A stretch of 64,000 nucleotides of DNA from Candidatus Omnitrophota bacterium (GTDB lineage: Bacteria > Omnitrophota > Gorgyraeia > Zapsychrales > JAHFFX01), in assembly GCA_023247705.1 (NCBI GenBank), contig JAHFFY010000006.1, positions 6,623-70,622 on the forward strand. Direction: 5' to 3'. The translations under genes were made by a program, and so were the position numbers. Under the pieces are notes generated by a model. It did not search any database. It was not told the DNA's origin and was given only the letters and a program-made list of their open reading frames with translations. Of the stretch, positions 1 through 8,968 are shown one piece after another (the stretch's first letter is position 1; each line of letters opens with the position of its first letter).

Positions 1-1
1 T

Positions 2-223
2 CGAGCGTATTTGGATCATTATAGGAACAGGCTGATCGGCATCCATATTCACGGTGTTAATGGTTTAAAAGACCATCAGGCCCCCTTTTCCGGCGATTTC
101 GATGGAACAAGCATTTTGGCCGCTCTTTCAAAGGAAACGATCAAAGTGATCGAATCTCATGCCTATGCCACACCTGAAGAAATTAAAGAAGCCCTTGTCA
201 AGCTAAAGGCTTTATGGAAATAA
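2..223 (+). CDS. 3' end of a CDS that starts upstream of the window; product unassigned, possibly a metal-dependent TIM-barrel enzyme
   Basis: Open frame runs from window position 2 with no upstream stop. The track ORF 11..223 begins at TTG, which is unlikely to be a real start. The HIHGVNG motif is only a weak clue. Confidence 0.35.
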   Translation, partial: RAYLDHYRNRLIGIHIHGVNGLKDHQAPFSGDFDGTSILAALSKETIKVIESHAYATPEEIKEALVKLKALWK

Positions 224-262
224 TGAAATGGATATTTTTTTATTAGGAGGAGTGGATGTGTT

Positions 263-2212
263 ATGAAAAAAATATGTTATGGAATATTCTTGTTGTGTTT
301 TCTGATGGCCGGCGGATTTTCTTTCGCAGAAGCCCCACCGATCTCCATTCCACAAAACGTTAATTCTCCCGGTGATGTAAAACCGCAAGGATCAGAAGAA
401 TCTAACCCGCTTTCGTGGGAGCAACAAAATCAACAAGCCCCGTATACGATTTTATTGCAGGAACAACAAGTTAAAGTGCATGAAGATGGATCACAGGACA
501 TTTATAATCATTTTAAAATTAAAATTCAGAATCCGGGTAATGATTTTTCGTGGGAGATGCCGATTTATTATAATAAAGATAAAGAATCCGTTGAAATATT
601 AAACGGCATGCTGACAGATCCCGACGGAAAAATAACGCCAAATAATAATCCGCAAGATGTCTTGGCTTATCCCGAATTTTCCCAATATTCGATGCTGCAT
701 AAGAAAGCTATTTCTTTCTCTGGTACAAAATCGGGAAGTATCGTCGAATTGAGCTTTAAAGGAAAGATATTTAAACCGCTAATTAACAAACAATTTTGGT
801 CAGAAGTTTCTTATCCAAGCGCCCCTACCAAATTATTTAAGAATACATTTATTTTTCCTCGAAAAATGAAGGTCAATTATAAGGAATACAAAATTCAAGA
901 AAAACCACAAATCACCAGCGATCACGCCGATGTTAGTTATTTCTTTCAACTCGAAGAAACAGAAAGTTTTCTATCAGGAAAAAAGTTTATCCCTCCTTTG
1001 CAGGAACTATTGGGGGCCGCGACATTTTCTTCTTTAAAAGATTGGCGTATCTTGGCTAACTGGTATCGCCAGTCGGCTAAACAAATGATTGTTGAAGATC
1101 AGAAAATCAACGATCAAGTTGCCGAATTAATTAAAGATAAGAAGAGCGAACAAGAAAAGGCAACGAGCATTATTGAATTTATTCAAGATCATTTTCGTTT
1201 GGTTCCGGTGCCTTTTGCTCAAAGTCCGGAATTTAGTCCCACCAAGGATGTATTTCATAATCAATACGCTGATAAAAAAGATTGGGTTTTATTGACCAAG
1301 CAAATGTTAGCGGTCGCCGGAATTAAAGCAAATATTTGTCTCCTGCGCAACGAATATGAAGGCGATCCCAATAATGAATTACCTAACCCAGTCGTATTTG
1401 GCGATATCATTTTAGAGGTATTTGTAGACGGCGAGAAATATTTTGTTGATCCTGTTTTAAGAGGTTATTCGCTCGGACATCTGCCATCGACCTATCAAGC
1501 CGCTTATCTTTTTGTGATTACGGATGATCAATATCGTTTTGATCATATCCCGATTTATGATGAAACCAAGAATAAAGTCGTAAGCCACATTAATGTTTTT
1601 ATTGAACCCAGTGGTAACGCGATTTATGAAGTTGAAAACGATTGGGGAGTGGATGTGGGTTTCCCGGTTAAAGAACATTGGCGAAGCCTGACGGGCGAGG
1701 CCAAAAAGCAATTTTATGATTCTTTGGATGATCATTATCTTCAAGGGGCGGCATTAATGGATCGTAAATGGGACGGTTTGGATGATCGTTATGAGTCATT
1801 AAAGAGCCTGATACGATTCAAGAAAAATAACGCCTTCCTGTTATTGAATGATACGACGATGGTCTTAAATGAGAAGCCGGAAAATCGTTTTATCGGGTTT
1901 GATCAAGAGAAACGAAAATATCCGATATACTTTCCTATCAATTCCGTTGTGCAAAACACGATTGTTTATCATATCCCGGCCAATTTTAAAATAGACTCTA
2001 TTCCGGAGAATTATGATTTGAAAAACGACATCCTGGAAATTTCCCGTACGTTTGAATCGCCTGAATCGGACAAGAGCACGATTAAACTGACGGACATTTA
2101 CAGGACCAAACGGGGCAGTTTGCCGAAAGAAAAATATCCGGAACTGCAAGGGATCTGGGAGGCTTTTCGCAAGAATAGTGAGAAATATATTATTTTGAAA
2201 AAGACAAATTGA
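263..2212 (+). CDS. Secreted protein, tentatively DUF3857/transglutaminase-like family
   Basis: 649-aa ORF with an N-terminal signal peptide (MKKICYGIFLLCFLMAGGFSFA) and an upstream SD. The central region resembles DUF3857/TGc-like proteins, but no clear catalytic Cys was seen. Confidence 0.5.
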   Translation: MKKICYGIFLLCFLMAGGFSFAEAPPISIPQNVNSPGDVKPQGSEESNPLSWEQQNQQAPYTILLQEQQVKVHEDGSQDIYNHFKIKIQNPGNDFSWEMPIYYNKDKESVEILNGMLTDPDGKITPNNNPQDVLAYPEFSQYSMLHKKAISFSGTKSGSIVELSFKGKIFKPLINKQFWSEVSYPSAPTKLFKNTFIFPRKMKVNYKEYKIQEKPQITSDHADVSYFFQLEETESFLSGKKFIPPLQELLGAATFSSLKDWRILANWYRQSAKQMIVEDQKINDQVAELIKDKKSEQEKATSIIEFIQDHFRLVPVPFAQSPEFSPTKDVFHNQYADKKDWVLLTKQMLAVAGIKANICLLRNEYEGDPNNELPNPVVFGDIILEVFVDGEKYFVDPVLRGYSLGHLPSTYQAAYLFVITDDQYRFDHIPIYDETKNKVVSHINVFIEPSGNAIYEVENDWGVDVGFPVKEHWRSLTGEAKKQFYDSLDDHYLQGAALMDRKWDGLDDRYESLKSLIRFKKNNAFLLLNDTTMVLNEKPENRFIGFDQEKRKYPIYFPINSVVQNTIVYHIPANFKIDSIPENYDLKNDILEISRTFESPESDKSTIKLTDIYRTKRGSLPKEKYPELQGIWEAFRKNSEKYIILKKTN

Positions 2213-2237
2213 TCAATATTTTATTGGGATGTTAAAC

Positions 2238-2285
2238 ATGGGCTGAGACTCAATCGTTGAGTATTTCAGCCCATATTTTTTGTTT
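2238..2285 (+). terminator. Rho-independent terminator
   Basis: Stem ATGGGCTGA/TCAGCCCAT encloses an inner palindrome ACTCAA..TTGAGT and is followed by ATTTTTTGTTT. Confidence 0.6.
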
Positions 2286-2294
2286 AAAATTTTT

Positions 2295-2320
2295 GTAACT
2301 AATTGTCCTGGTCAAGCGTT
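2295..2320 (+). promoter_or_regulatory. Candidate ECF-type promoter (GTAAC-N17-CGTT) upstream of the sigma factor gene
   Basis: AAC and CGTT elements are spaced 17 nt apart, about 30 nt before the ECF sigma ATG. ECF sigma genes are often autoregulated from such promoters. Confidence 0.3.
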
Positions 2321-2348
2321 TAACGGTTGAGAGAGAGAAAGAAGACGA

Positions 2349-2930
2349 ATGGAGAAGAAAGACGAAGACCTGATGCTCGATTATATTCAAGGCGACACAG
2401 ACGCTTTAACGACGATCTTCCATCGTTACAAGAAACCGCTTTTAAATTATGCCCTGCGCATATTAGGCAACCGGGCGGACGCGGAAGATATTTTAAGCGA
2501 GGTTTTTATGGTAATTTTCAGTAAAAAATATCAATTCAATCCTAACGCTAAATTTTCGACCTGGGCGTACACCGTGACGCGCAATATGTCCATTTCCAGG
2601 ATCCGTCAGAAAAAAAACGTTCTGTCTTTATGGTTCAAAAATGAGGAAACGGATGAGCTGGAACCCTGGGAGATTGCTGATTCTAAATCACTTCCTCCGG
2701 AAGATATACAAAGAGCGGAGACCATTCAACATATCCGCAACGCGATCCAAAAACTTCCTCTCGCTCAGCGCGAGGCCTTGGTTTTGAGGGAATATCACGA
2801 CCTCAATTACGAAGAAATCAGTACGATTCTCAAGTGTTCTTTGGAGAACGTGAAGATTTTGATTTTCAGGGCCAGACAAAATTTAAGTAAAACGATTCCG
2901 TCCTTCGTGAAGGAGGAGAATCATGGCTGA
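2349..2930 (+). CDS. ECF-family RNA polymerase sigma factor (sigma-70 regions 2 and 4)
   Basis: Region 2 motifs (DAEDILSEVFMVIF, FSTWAYTVTRN) are present. Region 4 contains an HTH (LPLAQREALVLREYHDLNYEEISTIL). Length is 193 aa. Confidence 0.9.
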   Translation: MEKKDEDLMLDYIQGDTDALTTIFHRYKKPLLNYALRILGNRADAEDILSEVFMVIFSKKYQFNPNAKFSTWAYTVTRNMSISRIRQKKNVLSLWFKNEETDELEPWEIADSKSLPPEDIQRAETIQHIRNAIQKLPLAQREALVLREYHDLNYEEISTILKCSLENVKILIFRARQNLSKTIPSFVKEENHG

Positions 2931-5655
2931 TCATATCGAAATGCAACAATTAATCTCTGCTTATTTTGACGGCGAACTCTCTCAATCGCAGAAAGAATCG
3001 GTGGAGCAACACATCAAAGAATGCGATTCTTGCCGGCGTTACGCCCAGGAGTTGCAAAAGATTTCGTCTTCGTTAAAAAAGTGGAACGATGAATCTCTCT
3101 CTGCGGACTTAGAACAAAAAATCAACGAACGGCTTAGGACGATCAAGTCTAAGGAGGAGAATATGAATCGGAAAATGATATCCATTGGAGTTGGAACGAG
3201 TGTGGTAACGGTGGTTGTGTTGGCGTTTGTTTTTATGCAGACTTATGCTCAAAGATCTTTGCAGTGCCGGATCCGCGATGCGGGACAATATTTAGCGAAG
3301 AGGAGCTATGATTTGGGTCGGGCAGATCAATATGAACCCCAGTATATTAGTACCGGTTACCAGATCGCGCAGGCAAACAAATCGTCGTCGATTCAGGCAG
3401 CGACACAAACAGCGCCGCGGTTAGAGACCGATTTGGCGATGAGTCGACCAGTAGACAAAGAAGAACCCCAGGAAAAGAAATTGATGGCTGGACTGCAAAG
3501 CAGTTCCGAATATTTAAAACAACGCGGGTATGGTGTTTCGAGTCAAGGTTATCCCGTTGAGAATAAAATTGGACAATTGGCCGACGCCAAGGATTTGCAA
3601 CAAATCCCTGCCTCAAAGGGAAGTTCGCTGGGCGATAGAAGTCAGTATGAGTCTTATTATCTGGAAACGGATTATAACAGTCAACGCAGAGCTAGCGTCA
3701 ATGAAGGTTATAAGAGAACAGATCCTTTTCCTAGCGGCAACATAAACTCAACCTTGTTGTCCGATGAGACGGCTGCGACGGATGCGGTTGGTTATCGTTC
3801 GCGCGAGATCGGCGGATTCCAGCGGGAAGGACAATTGGCTAAGGCACCTGCGACGTCTAATGTCACGATGAACAGCCAGGTGATGAATGTACAGCAGGAA
3901 TTTTGGGGAGGATCATCAAGTTCTCTCAGGGGTTCTTCTTCGGGTGTTGCTGGCACTAAGAATTTAAATGGTGAACTGGCGTCAGCAGGAAGAGATTACG
4001 AAAAATATCAGCAAAATTTTCCGGCAAAAGAAATCGTGCATGAACCGCCACCGCCACCGATGCAATCGAGCCAACCGGCTGGTTATGGCGGTGAGTATGA
4101 ACGAGGGCCGTCGGGGTATCAAGATGATCAATTAAAAAAGGGAATGATGTATACGCAATCTTATACGGCGAATACGGAGGATTACGATCGTAGATTGGAA
4201 AATCCTTTCTTGAATTCTTGGGATGATCCTCTTTCGACGTTCTCTATCGATGTGGATAAAGCCTCGTATGCCAATGTCCGCCGGTTTATTAATGAAGGGC
4301 AATTGCCTCCACCGGAGGCGGTGCGCATTGAAGAGTTGATCAATTATTTTAATTATGATTATCCTCAACCGCATTGGTGGGATGCTCCGTTCACCATCAC
4401 CACCGAGGTGTCGCGTTGCCCTTGGAATCAGGACCATCATCTGGTTTTGATCGGCTTGCAAGGAAAAAAAATCGACAATAATTATATTCCGCCGAGCAAT
4501 TTCGTTTTCTTGATTGATGTGTCTGGCTCGATGGACCAGCCGAATAAATTGCCGCTGTTGAAAGCGTCTTTCAAATCGTTTGTCAAAGAATTGCGCTCCA
4601 ACGACCGGGTTTCGATTGTGGTCTATGCCGATCGGGCCAGTGTCATTCTGGATTCAACGCCCGGTTATGATCAGGATCGTATTTTAAGCGCGATCGACAG
4701 TCTTTCTCCCGGCGGATCCACCGCAGGGGGAGATGGAATCCAGTTGGCTTATCGTATCGCCCAGGATCATTTTATTCCTTCCGGAAATAATCGCGTGATC
4801 CTTGCGACCGACGGCGATTTCAACGTGGGTGTCAGCTCGGACGAAGAGCTGGTGAACTTAATTGAAGAAAAAAGAAACCAGGGCGTTTTCCTGACGGTGT
4901 TGGGTTTGGGAACAGGGAATCTCAAAGACAGCAAGATGGAAAAGCTGGCCGACCACGGCAACGGCAATTATGCCTACCTTGATAATGTGATTGAAGGAGA
5001 AAAGATTCTGATCAACGAGATGTCGGCGACCCTTTTGACCATTGCCAAAGATGTGAAGATCCAGGTCGAGTTTAATCCGGCCAAGGTCAAATATTACCGG
5101 CTGATCGGTTATGAAAATCGATTGTTGGCCAAGGAAGACTTTAATAACGATTACAAAGATGCCGGTGACATCGGTGCGGGACACAGTGTCACCGCGTTGT
5201 ATGAAATCGTTTTGGCCGATTCAAGGGAAGGTCGCAGCGGTTCTCCATCGGTCGATCCGTTGAAATATCAAGACCAGGGCGAATTCGGTCAGGGACGAAT
5301 CATTCCCAGCGTTGATTTGATGACGGTCAAACTCAGATACAAGGAACCGAAATCAATTTCCTTGATTCCATCTCAAACGTATCGTTACAATGGCCCTCAA
5401 GAAGAGAGCAAATTATTAACGCGGGTGATCAAGGAAAGAGACATTCAATCGTCTCCGCGATCGAATCATTTCAAATTCGCCTCGGCGGTCGCGGAATTCG
5501 GATTGTTGTTAAAACATTCTTATTGCCCGGAGGGGGTTTCGTATGACGGTGTCCTTAAAAGAGTGCAGGAATCTTTGGGTAAAGACGCTCAGGGAGAGAG
5601 GGTCGAATTTTTTAGGTTAGTTAAAATGGCGAGATTTTTGGCAGAGAGCCGATAG
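2923..5655 (+). CDS. Anti-sigma factor (zf-HC2, single TM) fused to a YfbK-like DUF3520 + von Willebrand factor A domain
   Basis: The ORF overlaps the sigma gene by 8 nt (ATGGCTGA). The N-terminus carries H-x3-C-x2-C (HIKECDSCRRY) followed by a TM segment at about aa 85-105. A long S/Q/G/Y-rich linker follows. The C-terminus has a vWA MIDAS-like motif (DVSGSM) and YfbK-like segments (SIVVYADRAS, GGSTAGGDGI, ATDGDFNVG). Confidence 0.8.
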   Translation: MADHIEMQQLISAYFDGELSQSQKESVEQHIKECDSCRRYAQELQKISSSLKKWNDESLSADLEQKINERLRTIKSKEENMNRKMISIGVGTSVVTVVVLAFVFMQTYAQRSLQCRIRDAGQYLAKRSYDLGRADQYEPQYISTGYQIAQANKSSSIQAATQTAPRLETDLAMSRPVDKEEPQEKKLMAGLQSSSEYLKQRGYGVSSQGYPVENKIGQLADAKDLQQIPASKGSSLGDRSQYESYYLETDYNSQRRASVNEGYKRTDPFPSGNINSTLLSDETAATDAVGYRSREIGGFQREGQLAKAPATSNVTMNSQVMNVQQEFWGGSSSSLRGSSSGVAGTKNLNGELASAGRDYEKYQQNFPAKEIVHEPPPPPMQSSQPAGYGGEYERGPSGYQDDQLKKGMMYTQSYTANTEDYDRRLENPFLNSWDDPLSTFSIDVDKASYANVRRFINEGQLPPPEAVRIEELINYFNYDYPQPHWWDAPFTITTEVSRCPWNQDHHLVLIGLQGKKIDNNYIPPSNFVFLIDVSGSMDQPNKLPLLKASFKSFVKELRSNDRVSIVVYADRASVILDSTPGYDQDRILSAIDSLSPGGSTAGGDGIQLAYRIAQDHFIPSGNNRVILATDGDFNVGVSSDEELVNLIEEKRNQGVFLTVLGLGTGNLKDSKMEKLADHGNGNYAYLDNVIEGEKILINEMSATLLTIAKDVKIQVEFNPAKVKYYRLIGYENRLLAKEDFNNDYKDAGDIGAGHSVTALYEIVLADSREGRSGSPSVDPLKYQDQGEFGQGRIIPSVDLMTVKLRYKEPKSISLIPSQTYRYNGPQEESKLLTRVIKERDIQSSPRSNHFKFASAVAEFGLLLKHSYCPEGVSYDGVLKRVQESLGKDAQGERVEFFRLVKMARFLAESR

Positions 5656-5682
5656 TTTTATAAATCATTTTGTAACGATCAG

Positions 5683-5713
5683 CGGGCCGCTTTAAAGGCG
5701 GCCCGTTTTTTTT
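5683..5713 (+). terminator. Rho-independent terminator
   Basis: Stem CGGGCCGC, loop TTTAAAG, stem GCGGCCCG, followed by T8. Confidence 0.8.
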
Positions 5714-5942
5714 ATAATCCCCCCGGCCAGTTGAATCATAATAAGATGTTACCAGTTAGGGACAAAAACTTTCTGATCACCTTTGCGTATTCTTTTATTT
5801 CACAGGGAAGATCCCCCTGGTCCGGTCAGGGGTGTAGTCCTGGTAGCGACGTTTTGATCACCACCAAGAATGTCATACGCATGCCCACCAGCTTTCCAGA
5901 CAATTGCCAGGTGCAACAAAAATTTCTATCCTATAAAAAAAT

Positions 5943-5972
5943 TTGACATAAAACAAGCTCCCGTGTTACAGT
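5943..5972 (+). promoter_or_regulatory. Possible sigma70-like promoter (TTGACA-N18-TACAGT) for the small ORF
   Basis: The -35 hexamer is perfect and the -10 is weak. It lies about 70 nt upstream of the 37-aa ORF. Confidence 0.3.
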
Positions 5973-6039
5973 TAAATTAAATCATCTGGAAATTTTTCTG
6001 TGTTCGAGATGTTGTGGTTAGGAAAGGAGGTGAGGAACG

Positions 6040-6153
6040 ATGAAAAAGATTCTTGCCATCGTGTTGCTGGGTTTCGCGTTGTTTGCCGTAGGAACAATGA
6101 CTGCGCTCTCTTTTATGGGCTCAACAGCCATTGCAGCTGAAGGGGGAGAATAA
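6040..6153 (+). CDS. Small hydrophobic peptide (37 aa; MKKILAIVLLGFALFAVGTMTALSFMGSTAIAAEGGE)
   Basis: A strong SD (AGGAAAGGAGGTGAGG) sits 8-10 nt upstream of the ATG. The peptide has a single hydrophobic helix. A terminator hairpin follows immediately. The ORF is below the 60-aa threshold of the supplied track. Confidence 0.5.
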   Translation: MKKILAIVLLGFALFAVGTMTALSFMGSTAIAAEGGE

Positions 6154-6174
6154 TCCCTTTGGAAAGGTTTATAG

Positions 6175-6212
6175 AAAAAGGAGATGTGAGAATGCACACA
6201 TCTCCTTTTTTG
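6175..6212 (+). terminator. Rho-independent terminator
   Basis: Stem AAAAAGGAGATGTG pairs with CACATCTCCTTTTTT around an 8-nt loop. Confidence 0.8.
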
Positions 6213-6316
6213 TTGTGCTTTGTTGGAAACTGTTTTTTATGTTGGTACTGTTGCAAAATAAGAGAAAAATGAAAAACCAACGACAGAAAATGGTTTTTGA
6301 TTCTCGCCTTGGGAGG

Positions 6317-6478
6317 CAAAAAATAACCTCGGAGGTTACTCATTTATTGTCCAGAGGGGGCTTCGTATGAGGAAGTGATCAAACGGGCGCAGGAATCAAC
6401 GGGGAAAGATTTGCAAGGAGAGCCGTCGGAATTTCTTCGTTTAGTGAAGATGGCCAGATTTCTGGCAGAAGGCAGGTA
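6317..6478 (+). pseudogene. Relic of a paralogous copy of the C-terminus of the vWA anti-sigma protein
   Basis: The frame opens after a TAA and has no start codon. It translates to ..CYPEGASYEEVIKRAQESTGKDLQGEPSEFLRLVKMARFLAEGR*. This aligns with the last ~43 aa of the 910-aa protein (YCPEGVSYDGVLKRVQESLGKDAQGERVEFFRLVKMARFLAESR*) at about 70% aa identity and about 75% nt identity. A terminator of the same style follows. Confidence 0.65.
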
Positions 6479-6512
6479 GCGCGCGAAAGAAAATTAAAAG
6501 AGAGCATATCAC

Positions 6513-6544
6513 GCGGGTTGTCCAAAAGGCGACCCGCTTTTTTC
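6513..6544 (+). terminator. Rho-independent terminator (duplicated style)
   Basis: Stem GCGGGT with partner ACCCGC, then TTTTTTC. Confidence 0.7.
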
Positions 6545-6616
6545 TTGCCTTGCAAATATTTTTTTCATTAGGTATAGTAAGCCTTTCAATGAACCGCGAA
6601 AAATTCTTGATGAATT

Positions 6617-8170
6617 ATGAAAAATAAATATTTTTTGATCGGCTGCGTTTTGGTTTCGGTCGTCCTTTCGTATCTTTCTTTCCCGAACTGTTTCAATTTT
6701 TTCGGCTATTGGCCTTTGGCGTGGATTGCTTTGGTTCCGTTTTTCTGGGTGCTGGGGCAATCTTCATTGAGGGAGAGGATTATTTTAGGAAGTATTTTTT
6801 CTATTCTTTTCTTTGGGATCCTCGTGTATTGGACCGCCCCGGTCAGCCTCTTAATTTATATTATCTTTGTCTTGATGTTGTCTTTGGCGCCGATTTTATT
6901 CGCCGTGTTGTTTCCTTGTCCAACTCAAAATAGATGGATCGGTTTGATTTATTGTCCCGCGTTATGGGTGGCGACGGAATTCTTGCGCACGATGGTGATG
7001 GGAGGATTTTCCTGGACGCTGGGGCATTCGCAGAGTTTTCATGTCAACGCGATTCAACTCGCCGGTTGGACCGGGGCCTATGGGATCTCTTTTGTTTTGG
7101 TTTTATTTAATTATTGTCTTTTTTGCATCCTTAAAGAGGAGGGGCATTGGGTTCGTTATACCATTGTTGCGATTGGTACAGTTTCGCTGGTTTTGCTTTA
7201 TGGATATGACGCGACGACAAAAAATATCACTCAAGAATTTCCGTCGCGATTATATGAAGCCTGTCTGATCCAGCCTAATATCACAACACAAGAAAAGTCA
7301 GAAGATGATCATATCGATCAAATTATTGAAAAATATATTCATTTGACGAACCAATGTTTGGATTCTTATCAACCTGATCTGGTTATCTGGCCGGAAACGG
7401 CCATCCCAGATGATTTTATCAAAGATCCAACGATGCGAGGCAGGATTAGTGCCATTGCGACGGAGATCAAAACGCATCTTTTGCTTGGGGCGGCACTGCT
7501 TGAGAACGATCATGATTACAACAGCGCGGTTCTTCTTAACGGCCGCGGCGCTGTTTTGGATATTTATAACAAACAAAATCTTATTCCTTTCCGGGAGTAT
7601 TTGCCGTTTCAGGAGGTTTTTGGTTTTTTGAAGAGTCTCTTTCATGTCGAGATTTATGATTTCTATCCGGGAAGGGCTTTAGGGGTTTTTACAATTCGTA
7701 AAAAGGACGTGTTGAAAAATTATGTTGAGAACAAGTTTGGCGTGGTGTTGTGTTCCGAAGGCGCTTATCCGACGCTCTTTCGAAAACTCGTTTGGCAGGG
7801 AAGCGGATTTGTCGTGGTTATGCTTAACGATGCCTGGTTCAAAAGTCCGGAAGCATTGATCATGCACACCCAAAATGAAATTCTCCGCGCTGTTGAAAAC
7901 AGAATCCCCATCGTGCGTGCGGCCAATTCCGGCTGGTCCTGTGCGATCGATCCTTACGGGCGGGTTAAGTCCTTGGGGCCGGGGATATCTTCTTTAAACA
8001 CCACGGGATTTTATTTATCGCATATCTTTCCTAATAACCAGCCTACATTTTATACCGAAAACGGGGATATTTTTTCATACTTGTGTATTGTTTTTGTTAT
8101 AATGATTTTCGTTATTATTGAAGTTCTTTCGATCAAGCAAAATTTCCAATCTTCTCAAAAGAGACCGTGA
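6617..8170 (+). CDS. lnt: Apolipoprotein N-acyltransferase
   Basis: The N-terminus is polytopic. The CN-hydrolase domain carries WPETAIP (Glu), Lys and the VVLCSEGAY Cys motif. Length is 517 aa. Confidence 0.85.
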   Translation: MKNKYFLIGCVLVSVVLSYLSFPNCFNFFGYWPLAWIALVPFFWVLGQSSLRERIILGSIFSILFFGILVYWTAPVSLLIYIIFVLMLSLAPILFAVLFPCPTQNRWIGLIYCPALWVATEFLRTMVMGGFSWTLGHSQSFHVNAIQLAGWTGAYGISFVLVLFNYCLFCILKEEGHWVRYTIVAIGTVSLVLLYGYDATTKNITQEFPSRLYEACLIQPNITTQEKSEDDHIDQIIEKYIHLTNQCLDSYQPDLVIWPETAIPDDFIKDPTMRGRISAIATEIKTHLLLGAALLENDHDYNSAVLLNGRGAVLDIYNKQNLIPFREYLPFQEVFGFLKSLFHVEIYDFYPGRALGVFTIRKKDVLKNYVENKFGVVLCSEGAYPTLFRKLVWQGSGFVVVMLNDAWFKSPEALIMHTQNEILRAVENRIPIVRAANSGWSCAIDPYGRVKSLGPGISSLNTTGFYLSHIFPNNQPTFYTENGDIFSYLCIVFVIMIFVIIEVLSIKQNFQSSQKRP

Positions 8171-8243
8171 GTTTAAAGAGGGATTGGAGTTGGCGAACGA
8201 AAGGCTCAACAAGAACATCAATTCCCTGCGCGAATTTTAGAGC

Positions 8244-8963
8244 ATGAGATCGACCACAAAAATTATCCCAATCAGGCCTCTCATTATTTTTCAGGCATTC
8301 ATTTTTTTGAATTTTATTGTATTCCTCTCCGTCGCAAGCCGGGACGCGGAAGCTGGAGGCGCTGTCGTCAAGCGACGACAAGCCGCTTCCCAGCAAAGGA
8401 ACATACAAATGCAGCGGCAAATACAGATGCAGGCGCAGCTGCGTATTCATCAACAGCAGATGCAGCAGGTCGCTCTTCAAAGGAAGATGATGCTTAATCC
8501 CGAGAATGTGCAGGCCAACATGCAGGGAAAAGAGATCACCCAGGACATCACCCTCAAGGAAGAGATTGATGAATCCCAGGTCAAGGATGTCGTGGCGATC
8601 GAAGATATCTGGGAAGAATTTAAAACGTCGAGCCGGGCGTGGGCGCTTATCATGGAAACCAAGGCCAAGATGCTGACGATCTCTAAATTCATCGATCAAT
8701 ATCATCAGCAGGGGATCACGATTGGAAAATCTCCTCTTTACTATGCCCGGGTGATTGATACGATGGCCTCAGAAAATCCTACGATGCTCGATCAACCATT
8801 TGAAAAATTATTACAAGCCGTCGCCATCATCGACTATGATTTTGACAACGGTATTGATAAAGACACGCTGGCCATGAAATTATTAGGCGAGAAGGCCTTT
8901 CTTGCCAACAAACAGAGATTAGGAATGGAAGCGCAGGCCCAAGATGCGCGAGTGATCAAATAA
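8244..8963 (+). CDS. Hypothetical secreted Gln-rich protein
   Basis: A signal/TM segment is followed by a Q-rich repetitive region (QMQRQIQMQAQLRIHQQQMQQ). Confidence 0.45.
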   Translation: MRSTTKIIPIRPLIIFQAFIFLNFIVFLSVASRDAEAGGAVVKRRQAASQQRNIQMQRQIQMQAQLRIHQQQMQQVALQRKMMLNPENVQANMQGKEITQDITLKEEIDESQVKDVVAIEDIWEEFKTSSRAWALIMETKAKMLTISKFIDQYHQQGITIGKSPLYYARVIDTMASENPTMLDQPFEKLLQAVAIIDYDFDNGIDKDTLAMKLLGEKAFLANKQRLGMEAQAQDARVIK

Positions 8964-8968
8964 GCAAG

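Noticed and set aside
2327-2524. 65-aa ORF overlapping the ECF sigma start in another frame
   Set aside because: Arg-rich, low-complexity translation produced by the purine-rich leader and the sigma gene's 5' end. The sigma frame has the motifs.
6113-6370. Track ORFs 6113..6343 (-) and 6131..6370 (+)
   Set aside because: They run straight through a strong terminator hairpin and into the relic fragment in the wrong frame. They have no SD and no recognisable features.
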